Notes: generated by a model from the sequence alone, not told the origin. A stretch of 64,000 bases of DNA from an uncultured Candidatus Rokubacteria bacterium (GCA_963762145.1 CAVXJS010000010.1:1-64000), one strand, 5' to 3'; counted from the stretch's first letter, positions 38,428 to 49,389 are shown. Numbers and translations: made by a program.

Positions 38428-39210
38428 ATGCCCGGAAGGCTCGACAACAGGATCGCCCTTATCACCGGCGCCGGCAGCGGCATCGGCCGCGCATGCGCGC
38501 TCCGCTTCGCGTCGGAAGGCGCGAAGGTGTGCGCCGCCGACCTCGACCAGGGCGCGGCGACCGAGACCGCGCGGCAGGTGGAGGCCGCCGGCGGCAAGGC
38601 GCTCGCGCTGCGGACCGACACCACCGACGAGGCGGCGAACGAGGCGATGGTCGCGGCGTGCGTGAAGGCCTTCGGCGCGGTGGACGTGCTGGTGGCCGCC
38701 GCCGGGGTAGCGGGCGCACGACCGGATCCCGCGTCCGCCAAGCCCTACGCGATGCTCGACATCCCGACCGACCGCTTTCGCACGGTGATCGACGTGAACC
38801 TCTACGGCGTGCTGCACTCCAACCGCGCCGTCGCGCGCTGGATGGTGGCCAACCGGCGGGGCGGCAGCCTGATCAACCTCGGCTCGATCATGTCGAGGAT
38901 GCCGTCGACGGGCGGCGCCTACAGCGTGAGCAAGGCGGGGGTGTGGATGGCCACCAAGTGTTTGGCTCAGGAGCTGGCCCGGCACAACATCCGGGTCAAC
39001 GCCATCGGGCCCGGCTTCATCGAGACGCCGATGACCGCCGCCCTGCGCGGCGACGCCGACCGCAGCCGCTGGGCCATGAGCCTCACGCCGATGGGCCGCT
39101 ACGGCACGGTGGAGGAGATCGCGAGCACCGCGCTCTTCCTCGCCTCGGACGATGCGGCCTTTTTTACCGGCGAGATTCTGCACCCCTCCGGCGGCGTCTT
39201 CGTGGGCTAG
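38428..39210 (+). CDS. SDR family oxidoreductase
   Basis: TGAGSGIG, YSVSK, RVNAIGPG. Confidence 0.93.
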   Translation: MPGRLDNRIALITGAGSGIGRACALRFASEGAKVCAADLDQGAATETARQVEAAGGKALALRTDTTDEAANEAMVAACVKAFGAVDVLVAAAGVAGARPDPASAKPYAMLDIPTDRFRTVIDVNLYGVLHSNRAVARWMVANRRGGSLINLGSIMSRMPSTGGAYSVSKAGVWMATKCLAQELARHNIRVNAIGPGFIETPMTAALRGDADRSRWAMSLTPMGRYGTVEEIASTALFLASDDAAFFTGEILHPSGGVFVG

Positions 39211-39223
39211 GCGCCACACCCCG

Positions 39224-39345
39224 ACCCCTCACCCTGCCCTCTCCCCACGGGGGAGAGGGGTGAGAGCAGGCAACCCTGTCCCCAGGGGGAGAGGGTCAGA
39301 GAGTGGTAACCCTCTCCCCTCAGGGGAGAGGGCAGGGTGAGGGGT
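39224..39345. repeat. BoxC/REP-like composite palindromic element (three hairpin units)
   Basis: Perfect 23-bp outer IR ACCCCTCACCCTGCCCTCTCCCC...GGGGAGAGGGCAGGGTGAGGGGT enclosing CCCTCTCCCC-n-GGGGAGAGGG units. Confidence 0.9.
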
Positions 39346-39348
39346 GGG

Positions 39349-40092
39349 CTAGTGAAACGTGCGCCCGCCATCGACCGCAAGCGCCGCGCCGGTCACGAAC
39401 GACGACTCGTCGCTGGTCAGGTAGAGCGCGGCCTGCGCGATCTCCTCCGGCTCCCCCGGCCGCCGGATCACGTACCGGTCGAGAATCTTCGCCAGCTCGC
39501 CCTCGGGATCGGCCGCGCCCTCCCACGAGGACCGGAACAGCGGCGTGTCGATGATGCCCGGGCAGATCGCGTTGACGCGGATGTGGTAGGCGGCCAGGTC
39601 CACCGCGAGGGTCTTGCCGAACATGACCAGCCCCGCCTTCGCCGCGCAGTACGCGGTGCGCTGCTCCAGCGGCCGCAGCGCGGCGCCCGAGGCGATGTTC
39701 ACGATGGTCCCGCGCCCGGCCTGCTTCATGGCGGGCAGCGCGGCGTGGCACACGAGCATGGGGCCGGTGAGATCCACCGCCATGATCGCCGCCCACTCCG
39801 CGGAGGTCATCCGCTCGAAGGGCCGCATGAGATCGATCCCGGCGCTGTTGACGACCCCGTCGAGCCCGCCGAGCGTGGTCGCGGCCTGCGCGACCGCGGC
39901 CCGCACCTGGCGCTCGTCGGCCACGTCGCACACCAGCGTGGACGCGCCGTCCACCCGCGCCTTGCCGAGCGCGGCCTCGTCGCGATCGAGCATCGCCACC
40001 GCGGCGCCTTCGCTCCGGAAGAGGCGCGCGATGGCGAGGCCGATGCCCGAGGCCGCGCCGGTGACGAGGATGCGGCGGCCGTGGAGCCTCAC
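39349..40092 (-). CDS. SDR family oxidoreductase
   Basis: TGAASGIG, NSAG, YCAAK; GTG start overlapping the upstream stop. Confidence 0.92.
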   Translation of the reverse strand: MRLHGRRILVTGAASGIGLAIARLFRSEGAAVAMLDRDEAALGKARVDGASTLVCDVADERQVRAAVAQAATTLGGLDGVVNSAGIDLMRPFERMTSAEWAAIMAVDLTGPMLVCHAALPAMKQAGRGTIVNIASGAALRPLEQRTAYCAAKAGLVMFGKTLAVDLAAYHIRVNAICPGIIDTPLFRSSWEGAADPEGELAKILDRYVIRRPGEPEEIAQAALYLTSDESSFVTGAALAVDGGRTFH

Positions 40093-40912
40093 GCGCGCGC
40101 CTCCGCGCGCAGCGCCGGCCGCACCGCGTCCGCCACCTCGTCGCAGCGCGCGAGCCAGACGCCCGAGTGGCCGAGGATGTACTTGATCAGCTCCTCGAGC
40201 AGCGTGATGCGCGACGGGCGGCCGATGATCTGGGGGTGCATGGCGAGGCAGAAGTACCGGTCCTCGCGGTAGAGCACGTCGAACTCGCGCCGCCACGCCT
40301 CGAACACCGCCGACGGCGCCTGCATGGTGCGTCCGGGCAGCGTGATCGAGTACTGGAAGAACGGCGCGTCGTCCAGCACCCACGCGAACGGGAACTCCAC
40401 GATGTCGGTGAGCTTGCCGTCGATGCGATGGAGATACGGCGAGTCGTCGTCGAAGTAGTTCGAGGAGTAGCCGAAGCCGTACTCGGCCAGCATCCGGAGC
40501 GTGTGCGGGCTGAACTCCGCGGCGGGAGACCGGTAGCCGACCGGCTTGCGGCCCGTCATGCGCTGGATGATCTCGATGCCCTTGTCCATCTCCTCGCGCT
40601 CCTGCTCGAGCGAGAGGTTCACGATCCAGGCGTGCGACCAGGAGTGGTGCGCGATCTCGTGGCCCGCCTTCAGGATCGCCTCGACCATGGCGGGCCGCTG
40701 CTCCATCACGAGGCCGGGCACGAAGAAGGTCACGCGGAGTCCGTAGCGGCGAGCAGGTCGAGGATGCGCGGCATCCCCACCTTCCAGCCGTAGGCGCCCT
40801 GGCTCATCACGATGGGGCGCTCGGCGTTCTTCGGATCGCGGGCGGTCCACATGGTCTCGGCGTCGATGTCGAAAGTCAACAGAATAGGGAAGCCCTTGGG
40901 CGAGAGCGGCAT
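40089..40912 (-). CDS. Polysaccharide deacetylase family (PuuE/PgdA-like), indel near 40750
   Basis: LTFDIDAE, TFFVPG, HEIAHHSWSH, GYRSP, MHPQIIG. Confidence 0.88.
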
Positions 40913-40925
40913 GACGTGCCTCCGA

Positions 40926-42332
40926 TTACAGCGGCATCGGGCGCGCGCACGGGCGCTCGCGCTCGAGGTGAGCGGCCAGGGCGAGCACGCGGCGATCCGC
41001 GTGCCAGGCTCCGACGATCTGCAGGCCGATGGGCAGACCGTCCGAGGACCAGCCGCACGGCAGGGACACCGCCGGGTGGCCGGAGAGGTTGAAGGGCCAG
41101 AGATAGGGATACCAGGCGGCCCGGATCGAGCCGGCGGCCTCGCCCCCGATCGCGATCGGCTCGAACGCGTCGTGGTCGACGGCGAGCGCCGGCCGGGAGA
41201 GGGCGGGCGACAGCAGGAAGTCGAAGCGCCGGAGGAGCGCGTTCACTCGACGGAACATGGTCGTCCGCTGGCCGAGCGCGTTCACCCAGTCCACCGCGGT
41301 CCACCGCGCGCCCCGCTCGATGGACTCGCGGAGGCTCGGCGCCACCTTGTCGCCGAACTTCGCCATGTGGGGGCCGACGCGCGCGGCCAGCCCGGCCTGC
41401 AGGCCGATGAGGAAGGTGCGCTCGAACGCGGCGACGTCCTCGTCCACGACCTCGACGTGGGCGCCCTGGCCCTCCAGGTGCCGCACCGCGCCCTCGCAGG
41501 CCGCGAGCACCTCCCCGTCCACGACCCGGTTGCCCACGCGGGGGAGCCAGCCGAGCCGCAGGCCGCGCACGGTGACCTCGCGCGGGTCGTCCGTCGGCTC
41601 CGGGCGCGAGTAGGGATCGCCGGGGTCGACGCCGACGATCGCGTCGAAGCAGGCGGCCGTCTCCGCCACGGTCCGCGCCATGGGGCCGATGTAGGAGGTC
41701 GAGGAGAAGAGATCGGCCTGGTGCACGTGGGGCACGCGCCCGAGTGTGGGCTTGAGCCCGACGATGCCGCAGCACGCGGCGGGGAGGCGGACCGAGCCGC
41801 CGCCGTCGGTGCCGAGCGCCAGCGGCCCCTGGCCGGAGACGACCGCCGCCGCGGCGCCGCCGGACGAGCCGCCCGCGGTGCGCGAGAGATCCCACGGGTT
41901 GCGCGTGGCGCCGAAGAGCGGGCTGTCGGTCAGCGGCTTGTGGCCGAACTCGGGCGTGGTGGTCTTCCCGATCAGGATGGCGCCGGCCTCGCGGAGCCGG
42001 CGCACCGGCACCGCGTCCTCGCCCGTCACCTGATCGGCGAAGATCCACGAGCCCATCGTGGTCCGGACGCCCTTCGTGAACAGCAGGTCCTTCACCGAGA
42101 ACGGCACCCCGTGGAGCGGGCCGAGCCGCTCGCCGGCCGTCACCGCGGCCTCGGCCTTCCGGGCCGCCTCGCGCGCCTCGTCCGCCGTCACCGTGATGAA
42201 GGCGTTCACGGTGGGCTGGAGCGCCTCGATCCGCGCGAGCGCGGCGTCCACCGCCGCGACCGGCGAGACCTGCTTCTCGCGGATGAGCCGCGCCAGCGTC
42301 AGGGCGTCGGCCTCGAAGAGCCGTCTATCCAA
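40926..42332 (-). CDS. Amidase (amidase-signature family)
   Basis: [26 protein letters not shown]. Confidence 0.93.
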   Translation of the reverse strand: MDRRLFEADALTLARLIREKQVSPVAAVDAALARIEALQPTVNAFITVTADEAREAARKAEAAVTAGERLGPLHGVPFSVKDLLFTKGVRTTMGSWIFADQVTGEDAVPVRRLREAGAILIGKTTTPEFGHKPLTDSPLFGATRNPWDLSRTAGGSSGGAAAAVVSGQGPLALGTDGGGSVRLPAACCGIVGLKPTLGRVPHVHQADLFSSTSYIGPMARTVAETAACFDAIVGVDPGDPYSRPEPTDDPREVTVRGLRLGWLPRVGNRVVDGEVLAACEGAVRHLEGQGAHVEVVDEDVAAFERTFLIGLQAGLAARVGPHMAKFGDKVAPSLRESIERGARWTAVDWVNALGQRTTMFRRVNALLRRFDFLLSPALSRPALAVDHDAFEPIAIGGEAAGSIRAAWYPYLWPFNLSGHPAVSLPCGWSSDGLPIGLQIVGAWHADRRVLALAAHLERERPCARPMPL

Positions 42333-43950
42333 GCGCGGCCTCCTGATAGGCGACCTCGCCGCCCACGACGGTCGCGACCACCGGGATCTTGCCGAGCTCG
42401 TGCGGAGCTTCCTTCAGGGGATCGGCGCCGAGGATCACGAGATCGCCCAGCTTGCCGACCTCGAGCGTGCCCTTCACGCGCTCCTCGAAGGCGCCCCGCG
42501 CCGCGTTCGAGGTCACGGTGGTGAGCGCTTCCCGGACCGCGATGCGCTCCGGGTCGTTGAGCACCTTGCCCGAGCTCGTCACGCGCGCCGCCGCGCTCTG
42601 CACGCAGAAGAGCGGGCTCACCGGCGTCACCGGGCAGTCCGAGTGGAGCATCGGGCGGATGCCGGCGCGGAAGGCGGAGCCGACCGGGTCGAGCACCTGC
42701 ACGCGGCTCGGGCCGAGGAAGCGGTCGCGATGGCGGTCGCCCCAGTAGTAGACGTGGTTGGCGAAGTAGTTCGGGATCACCCCGAGCCGGGCGATCCGCT
42801 CGATCTGCTCCGGGTGGCACACCTGGCAGTGCTCGATGCGGTGGCGATGGTCGGCCTTCGGGATCGCCCGGAGCGCCCGCTCGTAGGCGAGGAGCACCGA
42901 GTCGATCGCGGCGTCGCCGTTGGCGTGGATGGCGATCTGGTAGCCGCGCCGGTGCAGCGTGAGCACCATGTCGTCGAGCTCGGCCTGCTCGTAGATGAGC
43001 CAGCCCTTCTCCGCGTCGTTACAGTAGTAGGGCTCGCGCAGGGCCGCGGTGATCCCCTGGATGGACCCGTCCGAGACGATCTTGCAGCCCGCCACCCGCA
43101 GCTTGTCGTCGCCCGAGCCGGGCACGGGCGCGAAGTCGAGCTCCTTGAGATAGTCCCACTGCATGAACATGTTCACGCGCAGCTTGAGCGCGCCCGCGGC
43201 GTGCATCTTCTTATACGTGTCCAGGATGTCGATCCCGCGCAGGCGGCTCACGTGGGCGTCGTGGATCGTGGTCACGCCCTGGCGCAGGAACTCGTCCTGG
43301 GCTCGGCGGAAGGAGTCGGCCAGCTCCGCCGCGTCGTAGGCCGGGATCAGCTTCGTGACCAGCGTCTGGGCCGGCGCCTCGTAGAGCACGCCGTCGGGCT
43401 CCGCGCTGCCCTCGAAGCGGCCGATGCGCCCGCCGGGCGGGTCCGCGGTGGCCGCGCTGATTCCGGCCAGCGCCAGCGCTCGGCTGTTGGCGACCGTGAG
43501 GTGGCCCGAGTTGTGCCAGATCACGATGGGGTGCTCGGTCGAGGCCTGGTCGAGATCGCGGCGCGTCGGATGCCGCATGTCCCGCAGCCCGGTGTCGTCG
43601 TAGCCGCGCCCGAGGATCCACCGGTCCGGCGGTAGCGCGCCGGCCGCCTGGCGGACGCGCGCCACGATGTCGGCGATGGTCACGTTGGGCGGCGTCCGCG
43701 CGTCCACCCCGATGAGCGCGGTACCGTAACCCACCATGTGGTTGTGCGGCTCGATGAAGCCGGGCAGCACGGTGCGCCCGCCCGCGTCGATCACGCGCAT
43801 GCCGGGCCGCCGGAACGCGGCCACGTCCTGGTCGCGGCCCACCGCCACGATCTTGCCGGCGTGGATCGCAATGGCGGATGGTGTTGGCGAGGCCGTCGTG
43901 TCCCGGCCGTCCATCGTCAGCACGTTCGCGTTCGTCACGAGCAGGTCCAC
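42325..43950 (-). CDS. Amidohydrolase 3 (YtcJ-like)
   Basis: PGFIEPHNH, KIVSDGS, IHANGD, RIEH, HSD. Confidence 0.92.
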   Translation of the reverse strand: MDLLVTNANVLTMDGRDTTASPTPSAIAIHAGKIVAVGRDQDVAAFRRPGMRVIDAGGRTVLPGFIEPHNHMVGYGTALIGVDARTPPNVTIADIVARVRQAAGALPPDRWILGRGYDDTGLRDMRHPTRRDLDQASTEHPIVIWHNSGHLTVANSRALALAGISAATADPPGGRIGRFEGSAEPDGVLYEAPAQTLVTKLIPAYDAAELADSFRRAQDEFLRQGVTTIHDAHVSRLRGIDILDTYKKMHAAGALKLRVNMFMQWDYLKELDFAPVPGSGDDKLRVAGCKIVSDGSIQGITAALREPYYCNDAEKGWLIYEQAELDDMVLTLHRRGYQIAIHANGDAAIDSVLLAYERALRAIPKADHRHRIEHCQVCHPEQIERIARLGVIPNYFANHVYYWGDRHRDRFLGPSRVQVLDPVGSAFRAGIRPMLHSDCPVTPVSPLFCVQSAAARVTSSGKVLNDPERIAVREALTTVTSNAARGAFEERVKGTLEVGKLGDLVILGADPLKEAPHELGKIPVVATVVGGEVAYQEAALG

Positions 43951-43963
43951 GAGATCCTCGCTT

Positions 43964-44896
43964 TCAGGACAGGCCGCCGCGGGAGAAGCCACCCCGCAGC
44001 CGGGGGTCGAGCAGGTCGCGCAATCCGTCGCCCAGCAGGTTCAGCCCCATCACCACGATGGCGATGCAGCATCCCGGGAAGAACATGAGCCAGGGCGCGG
44101 CCTCGATGAAGTTGCGGCCCTCCGCCACCATCGTCCCCCAGCTCGGCACCGACGGCGGGGCGCCGGCGCCGAGGAAGCTCAGGATGGCCTCGGTCAGCAC
44201 CGAGACCGCGAAGGTGAACGAGGCCAGCACGAGCAGGGGCGCGAAGATGTTCGGGAGCACGTGCCGGGCGATGAGGCGGCCGTCCGGAACGCCGAGGGCG
44301 CGCGCGGCCTCGACGTAGACCATGGCCTGCACGGCCAGCGTCGACCCGCGCGCCAGGCGCGCCGCGCTCGGCGCGTAGGCGACCGACAGCGCGATGATCA
44401 CGTTGAGGACGCTCGGGCCGAGCGCCGCCATGAGCGTGATCGCGAACAGCACCGCCGGGAAGGCCATGAGCCCGTCGACGATGCGCATGATCGGGCCGTC
44501 GAGGCGGGGGTAGTAGCCGGCGACTATGCCCAGGGGCACGCCCAGCAGCAGGCTGAGCGGCACCACGATGGCCCCGATCGTCAGGGTGAGCCGCGCGCCG
44601 AACACGGCGCGGCTCAGGATGTCGCGGCCCAGATCGTCGGTGCCGAAGGGGTGCGCGGCGCTCGGCGGCTGCAGCCGCTCGGTCGGCCGCATGCGGTTCG
44701 GCCCGTAGGGCGCGATCTGATCCGCGAAGATGGCCAGGACGAGCAGGGTGCCGAGGATGCCGAGTCCCGCGATCGTGTAGCGGCTCCGCCAGAGCCGGGC
44801 GAGGCCCGGCCGCGGCCGCGCGCCCGGGCGGCCGAGCCCGGCGAGCGCGGCGGCGGGCTCAGTAGCGGATCCGGAGACGGGGGTCGAGGTAGGCAT
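43964..44896 (-). CDS. Peptide ABC transporter permease (DppC-like)
   Basis: HPFGTDDLGRD, YVEAARALG, RHVLPN, GDGLRDLLDP. Confidence 0.92.
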   Translation of the reverse strand: MPTSTPVSGSATEPAAALAGLGRPGARPRPGLARLWRSRYTIAGLGILGTLLVLAIFADQIAPYGPNRMRPTERLQPPSAAHPFGTDDLGRDILSRAVFGARLTLTIGAIVVPLSLLLGVPLGIVAGYYPRLDGPIMRIVDGLMAFPAVLFAITLMAALGPSVLNVIIALSVAYAPSAARLARGSTLAVQAMVYVEAARALGVPDGRLIARHVLPNIFAPLLVLASFTFAVSVLTEAILSFLGAGAPPSVPSWGTMVAEGRNFIEAAPWLMFFPGCCIAIVVMGLNLLGDGLRDLLDPRLRGGFSRGGLS

Positions 44897-45806
44897 AGGC
44901 GAGATCCACCAGGATGTTCATGACGATGAAGATCATCGCCACGAACATCAAAATTGCCTGGATCAGCGGGTAGTCGCGGTTGAGCAGCGCGCTCGCGGTG
45001 AGCCGGCCGAGCCCGGGGAGCGCGAAGATCGTCTCGACCACGACCGCCCCGCTCACGAGAGCGCCGAAGCCGAGGCCGATCACGGTCACGGTCGGGATCA
45101 GCGCGTTGCGGAGCGCGTGGCGCAGCACGATGACACGCCCGCTCATGCCCTTGGCGTGGGCGGTGCGGATGTAGTCCTCGCGCAGGACCTCGAGCATGCT
45201 CGAGCGCACCATGCGCGCGGTGAGCGCCATCTGGATGAGGCCGAGGGAGACCGCGGGCAGGATCATGTGGCGCAGGAACGGGCCGATCCCGTCCGCGAGC
45301 GGGCGAAACTCGCCCACCGGCAGCCAACCCAGCTTGACCCCGAACGAGAACACCAGCAGCAGGCCGAGCCAGAAGGCCGGGATCGAGAGACCGGCGAGGG
45401 CGAAGGCCATCGCGGCCTGATCGAGCCACGTGTTGGCCCGCACCGCGGCGAGCAGGCCCAGCGGGATCGCGAGGACCAATGCGAAGATCTCCGCGGTGAT
45501 GGCCAGCGAGATCGTGGGCTCGAGCCGCTCGAAGATCGCGGTGGTCACCGGGCGGCCGAGGAAGATCGACTGCCCGAAGTCGGCGCGCGCCAGCCGGCCG
45601 AGGTAGCGTACGAACTGGACGTGGATCGGCTGGTCGAGCCCGAGGTACTGCCGGGTGCGCTCGATCTGCTCGCGGCTGGCGTTGTCGCCCGCGAGCAGCG
45701 CGGCGGGATCGCCCGGCGTCAGGCGGAACAGCAGGAACCCGACGATCGCCACCACCACGACGACCGGGATCGCGCTGGCCAGCCGCCGGGCGAGGTAGCT
45801 CCTCAC
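44859..45806 (-). CDS. Peptide ABC transporter permease (DppB-like)
   Basis: YLARRL...PGDPA...DYIRTAHAKG...HALRNA...LDPR; GTG start at 45806. Confidence 0.9.
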   Translation of the reverse strand: MRSYLARRLASAIPVVVVVAIVGFLLFRLTPGDPAALLAGDNASREQIERTRQYLGLDQPIHVQFVRYLGRLARADFGQSIFLGRPVTTAIFERLEPTISLAITAEIFALVLAIPLGLLAAVRANTWLDQAAMAFALAGLSIPAFWLGLLLVFSFGVKLGWLPVGEFRPLADGIGPFLRHMILPAVSLGLIQMALTARMVRSSMLEVLREDYIRTAHAKGMSGRVIVLRHALRNALIPTVTVIGLGFGALVSGAVVVETIFALPGLGRLTASALLNRDYPLIQAILMFVAMIFIVMNILVDLAYAYLDPRLRIRY

Positions 45807-47402
45807 TTCTTGCCGTCGAACCAGACTCCGAAGTAGATCGGGCTGCCGAGGTGCTGGGAGCCCTTCACGTGCGGGCCCGACCGTGTTGAGGGTGGCGAAG
45901 TTGCCGAAGGGGAACAGCGGGATCTCCTCCCAGAACCAGCGGTGGAAGTCGTCCCGGATCTTGACGATCTCCGCCGCGCTCGTGGTCTGCAGCCGCCGCT
46001 CGAGGAGCTCGTCGCGCGCCGGGTTGACGAAGAAGCCCGAAGCGGGGTGCTGTGGGTTGTTCCACGTCGGCGCGACCAGGTCGTTCTGGTACCAGACGTT
46101 GAACGCGTTGTACATCGCGCTGTGCTTCTTCTCCCAGCGCTTCTGCACCATCACCGTCCAGTCCATGATCTGGAGATCGACCTTGAAGAGCTTGCTCTCC
46201 TCGAGCTGCTGCACCGCCACCTGGATCTGGCGCCCGCCCGGGATGCTCACCGGGACCGAGATCACCTGGATCGGCACCGGCGGCGTGAGCCCGGCCGAGA
46301 GGATGAGCTCCTTCGCCTTCGCCAGGTCGCGCTTGGCGTAGGTGTCGTACCCGATCTTGCTCACCCACGTGGCCTGGTTCGGGAAGAAGGGGCTCGAGTT
46401 GAGCGTGTAGAGGCCCTTCGGGGCGATGGCGGCCAGCATCTCCTCCGGCTCCAGGACCGCGGCCACCGCCTGGCGCATCGCCTTCTTGTCGAACGGCGCG
46501 ATCGTTGTGTTGAAGGTGATCTCGGTGCGCCCGCCGTACGGGTTCACCTGAGCGATCACCGCGGGGTTGTTCTTGATCTGCGCCATCTGATCGAGCGGCA
46601 GGTTCATCGCGAGGTCGTAGCGCCCGGTCAGCGCGCCCGCGAGCCGTCCCGCCGACTCCGGCACGAAGTTGTGGTGGATGCGGTCGAAGTAGGCGGTCTT
46701 GTTCCCCGCGAAGCCGGAGAGTGGCTCCTTGCGGGCCGCGTACTTGTCGAAGCGCTCCAGCACGATGCGCCGGTCGCGCTCCCAGCTCACGAACTTGTAG
46801 GGGCCGGTGCCGATCACGTCCTTCTCGGCCACGCGGTCCTTCTCGCCCGGGTAGCGGTCCAGCACCGACTTGGGGAAGATCATGGGCTGCACGCCCTCCA
46901 CCATCGAGAGCGCTTCGAGCATCGCCCCGAACGGCTTGGACAGCTTCATGCGGACCGTCAGGTCGTCGACCCGCTCGAGCGCCGTGAGCCGCGACTTCAG
47001 ATGCGGCGCCCAGGTCCCGTCCCGGACGAGCCAGCGCTGGAGCGAGGCGACGACGTCGTCCGACTTCAAAATTTCGCCGTTGTGGAAGGGCACGCCCTTG
47101 CGGATGACGAACGTCCACGTGAGGCTGTCCGGGCTCACCGTCCACTTCTCGACCAGCATCGGCTTCGGCACGAGCGCGGCGTCCGGCGCGAAGAGGCCCT
47201 CCTGCACGTTGTCCACGATGTGCGACTTGGCGCTGATCGTGTCCGCCATGGCGTCAAGGGTGAAGGGGCTCAGGTCGTAGGCGACCTCGTAGGTTCCGCC
47301 GGGCTTCTGGGCCGCCGCGGGCCCCGTGAGCGTGAGCGCGATGGCGAGCGCAACGGTGAGCAGCGAAGGGATCCGGAATGGAGCCAGCAGTGAGGGCAAC
47401 AT
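45803..47402 (-). CDS. Peptide ABC transporter substrate-binding protein (family 5), indel near 45875
   Basis: Signal peptide, TWTF.IRKGVPFHNG, IGTGPYK. The natural C-terminus PHVKGSQHLGSPIYFGVWFDGKK* lies in a shifted frame. Confidence 0.88.
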
Positions 47403-47448
47403 GGTGCCTCCTGTTTGACCGCGAGGGGCGGGGCGACCGAGCGAGCCG

Positions 47449-47477
47449 ACGTTACTCGCGGGGCCAGGAGGTGTCAA
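47449..47477 (-). promoter_or_regulatory. Sigma-70-like promoter TTGACA-N17-TAACGT
   Basis: tgtcaa 47472-47477 and acgtta 47449-47454 on the + strand, upstream of the SBP start at 47402. Confidence 0.6.
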
Positions 47478-47497
47478 GGGCGCGCGGATGGCGGGAG

Positions 47498-48124
47498 CTA
47501 GCGGTATCGAGCGGGGATGCTATCCCTCCGGTCCGTCAGGTGAAGGACGCCCTCCGCGTCGGTCCAGCGGTACACCGTGGTGGGACGCGCCGGTTCGGAC
47601 GCCGGCGGGGCGGGTGACCTGGGGGCATCCGCCGGTGGAGGTGCCGTCGGCGGAGCCGATGGGGGATTCGGGATCCACACCCACCGGTACGGCGCGGTGA
47701 TTCCGTCGCCGCGAAGCTCGTAGCGTCCGGTTGGATACTCGATCACGCTGGGCATCGGCGCGGATGGGGCGAGCGAGACCGTGCTGCCCATCGGCGCACC
47801 GTACATCACGGGCGGGGCGTACACGGGCGACGGGTAGTAGTACGAGGGCGCGCGGTAGTACGAGAGCCCCCCGTACGACAGGCCGCCGTAGCCGACGATC
47901 GCTATGCCCGGCGCGAAGGGTCGATGAAAGAACGAGCGCGGAGCGAAGGAGCCGGGCGCGCCATGGCGATGAGCGAATGGCCGCGAGCCGGTCGGCTGAC
48001 CCACCATGACCGCGCCCCCGCCAGATCGGCCACCGGCTCGCTGCGCGAACGCGGCGGTCGGGCCGAGTACGACACCCGTCAGGAGTGTCAGGGCAACGGC
48101 CCAGGCGATCGGACGCTTCCTCAC
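47498..48124 (-). CDS. Secreted Pro/Tyr-rich protein with C-terminal DUF4124-like domain
   Basis: Signal peptide ending AFA; VYRWTDAEGVLHLTD...IPARYR. Confidence 0.72.
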   Translation of the reverse strand: MRKRPIAWAVALTLLTGVVLGPTAAFAQRAGGRSGGGAVMVGQPTGSRPFAHRHGAPGSFAPRSFFHRPFAPGIAIVGYGGLSYGGLSYYRAPSYYYPSPVYAPPVMYGAPMGSTVSLAPSAPMPSVIEYPTGRYELRGDGITAPYRWVWIPNPPSAPPTAPPPADAPRSPAPPASEPARPTTVYRWTDAEGVLHLTDRRDSIPARYR

Positions 48125-48208
48125 CGCCACGCCTCCACCGCTCGAAGATGAGCGGAGTGTGCGCTCCGCTCGGAGGGACGTCAAGACGACGCCTGGCGCC
48201 GGCCGGCG

Positions 48209-49369
48209 CTAGTGGGCGCCCGCCAGGTTGTAGAGCCGCGCGCAGTTGTCCCAGAGGATCTTCGACTTCGACTTGTCGGTGACGCCGTCCAGGTGCACGA
48301 ACTCGTCGATCGCCGTCGGGAAGAGCCCGTCCGAGTGAGGGTAGTCGGTCGAGACGACGATGTTGTCGTCGCCGATCGCCTCGATGACCTGGCGGAGCGG
48401 CTTCTCGTCGGCGTCGGTGGCGATGACGCACTGGCGGAAGAAGTACTGGCTGGGCGTGTGCGCGATCTGGATCTCGGAGCCGGGGCCGAACTTCTCCCAC
48501 GCCTCGTCGAGCCGCCACAGGTACCAGGGGAGCCAGCCGCACGTGCCCTCGAGGAACGCGCAGCGCAGGGCCGGGTGCCGCTCGAGGACGCCGCCGGCGG
48601 CCATGCTGCCGAAGGCCATCATGAGCTCGACGGGGTTGCGGCCGGCCTGGCCGATGACGCGGCCGTTCGGAGTGTCGAGGTAGCGGCGCGCGATGTCGTC
48701 GCGCAGCGACGACTGCCCGGTCGGATGGAAGCCGACCGGCACGCCGAGCTCCTCGACGGCGGCCCAGAACGGCTCCATCTCCGGGTCGTGGACGTGCCGC
48801 CCGTTGATCGGGTTCGGGTTGCCGACGATCGCCACCGCGCCGAGCCGGCGCACCGCGCGCCGGGCCTCGGTGATCGCGCCGGGCACGTCGTGGAACGCGA
48901 CCTGGGCGGCGAACTTCAGCCGCGACGGCTCGTGCTGGCAGTAGTCGTACGTCCAGTCGTTGTGCGCGGCGGCGAGCGCGGAGGCGACCGCCGGGTCGAG
49001 GTCGTCGTGCATGAGCACCTGGCGCCCGCGCGTGCCGTAGAGCACCGCCACGTCGATGCCCTCGATGTCCATGGCCTGGACGTGCGACGCCGCGTCGTAG
49101 CCGCGCGCGTGCGCGACCTCGTAGTGCGGCGACCGCTCGAAGGCGCGCCGCTGGAGATCCTTGCCGACGGCGGCGGTGTGCGCGCGCTTGGACATCTCCC
49201 CGATCTCGAGATCGCCGATCTGGATCACCGGCTGATTCGGCGAGTTGGCCGTCCCGCGCCGGAACCGGGGCGCGAGCTGCTTGAACGGCTCGGCGAGATA
49301 GCGCTCCCAGAGGCCGTCGGGCTCCATCGTGTGCAGATCCGAGTCCATGACCTTGAAATTGTTCTTCAT
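48209..49369 (-). CDS. Amidohydrolase 2 family protein
   Basis: VMDSDLH, MDIEGID, GFHP, FLEG, STDYPH. Confidence 0.92.
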   Translation of the reverse strand: MKNNFKVMDSDLHTMEPDGLWERYLAEPFKQLAPRFRRGTANSPNQPVIQIGDLEIGEMSKRAHTAAVGKDLQRRAFERSPHYEVAHARGYDAASHVQAMDIEGIDVAVLYGTRGRQVLMHDDLDPAVASALAAAHNDWTYDYCQHEPSRLKFAAQVAFHDVPGAITEARRAVRRLGAVAIVGNPNPINGRHVHDPEMEPFWAAVEELGVPVGFHPTGQSSLRDDIARRYLDTPNGRVIGQAGRNPVELMMAFGSMAAGGVLERHPALRCAFLEGTCGWLPWYLWRLDEAWEKFGPGSEIQIAHTPSQYFFRQCVIATDADEKPLRQVIEAIGDDNIVVSTDYPHSDGLFPTAIDEFVHLDGVTDKSKSKILWDNCARLYNLAGAH

Positions 49370-49389
49370 CGCAGGGCCTCCCCGTTGCG

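Noticed and set aside
38323-39345. CRISPR array
   Set aside because: No regular repeat-spacer periodicity and no cas genes; these are nested palindromes.
44859-47477. Apparent 872-aa SBP-permease fusion
   Set aside because: One extra base near 45875 explains it. The shifted frame gives a typical SBP ending (...IYFGVWFDGKK*) whose TGA overlaps the permease GTG.
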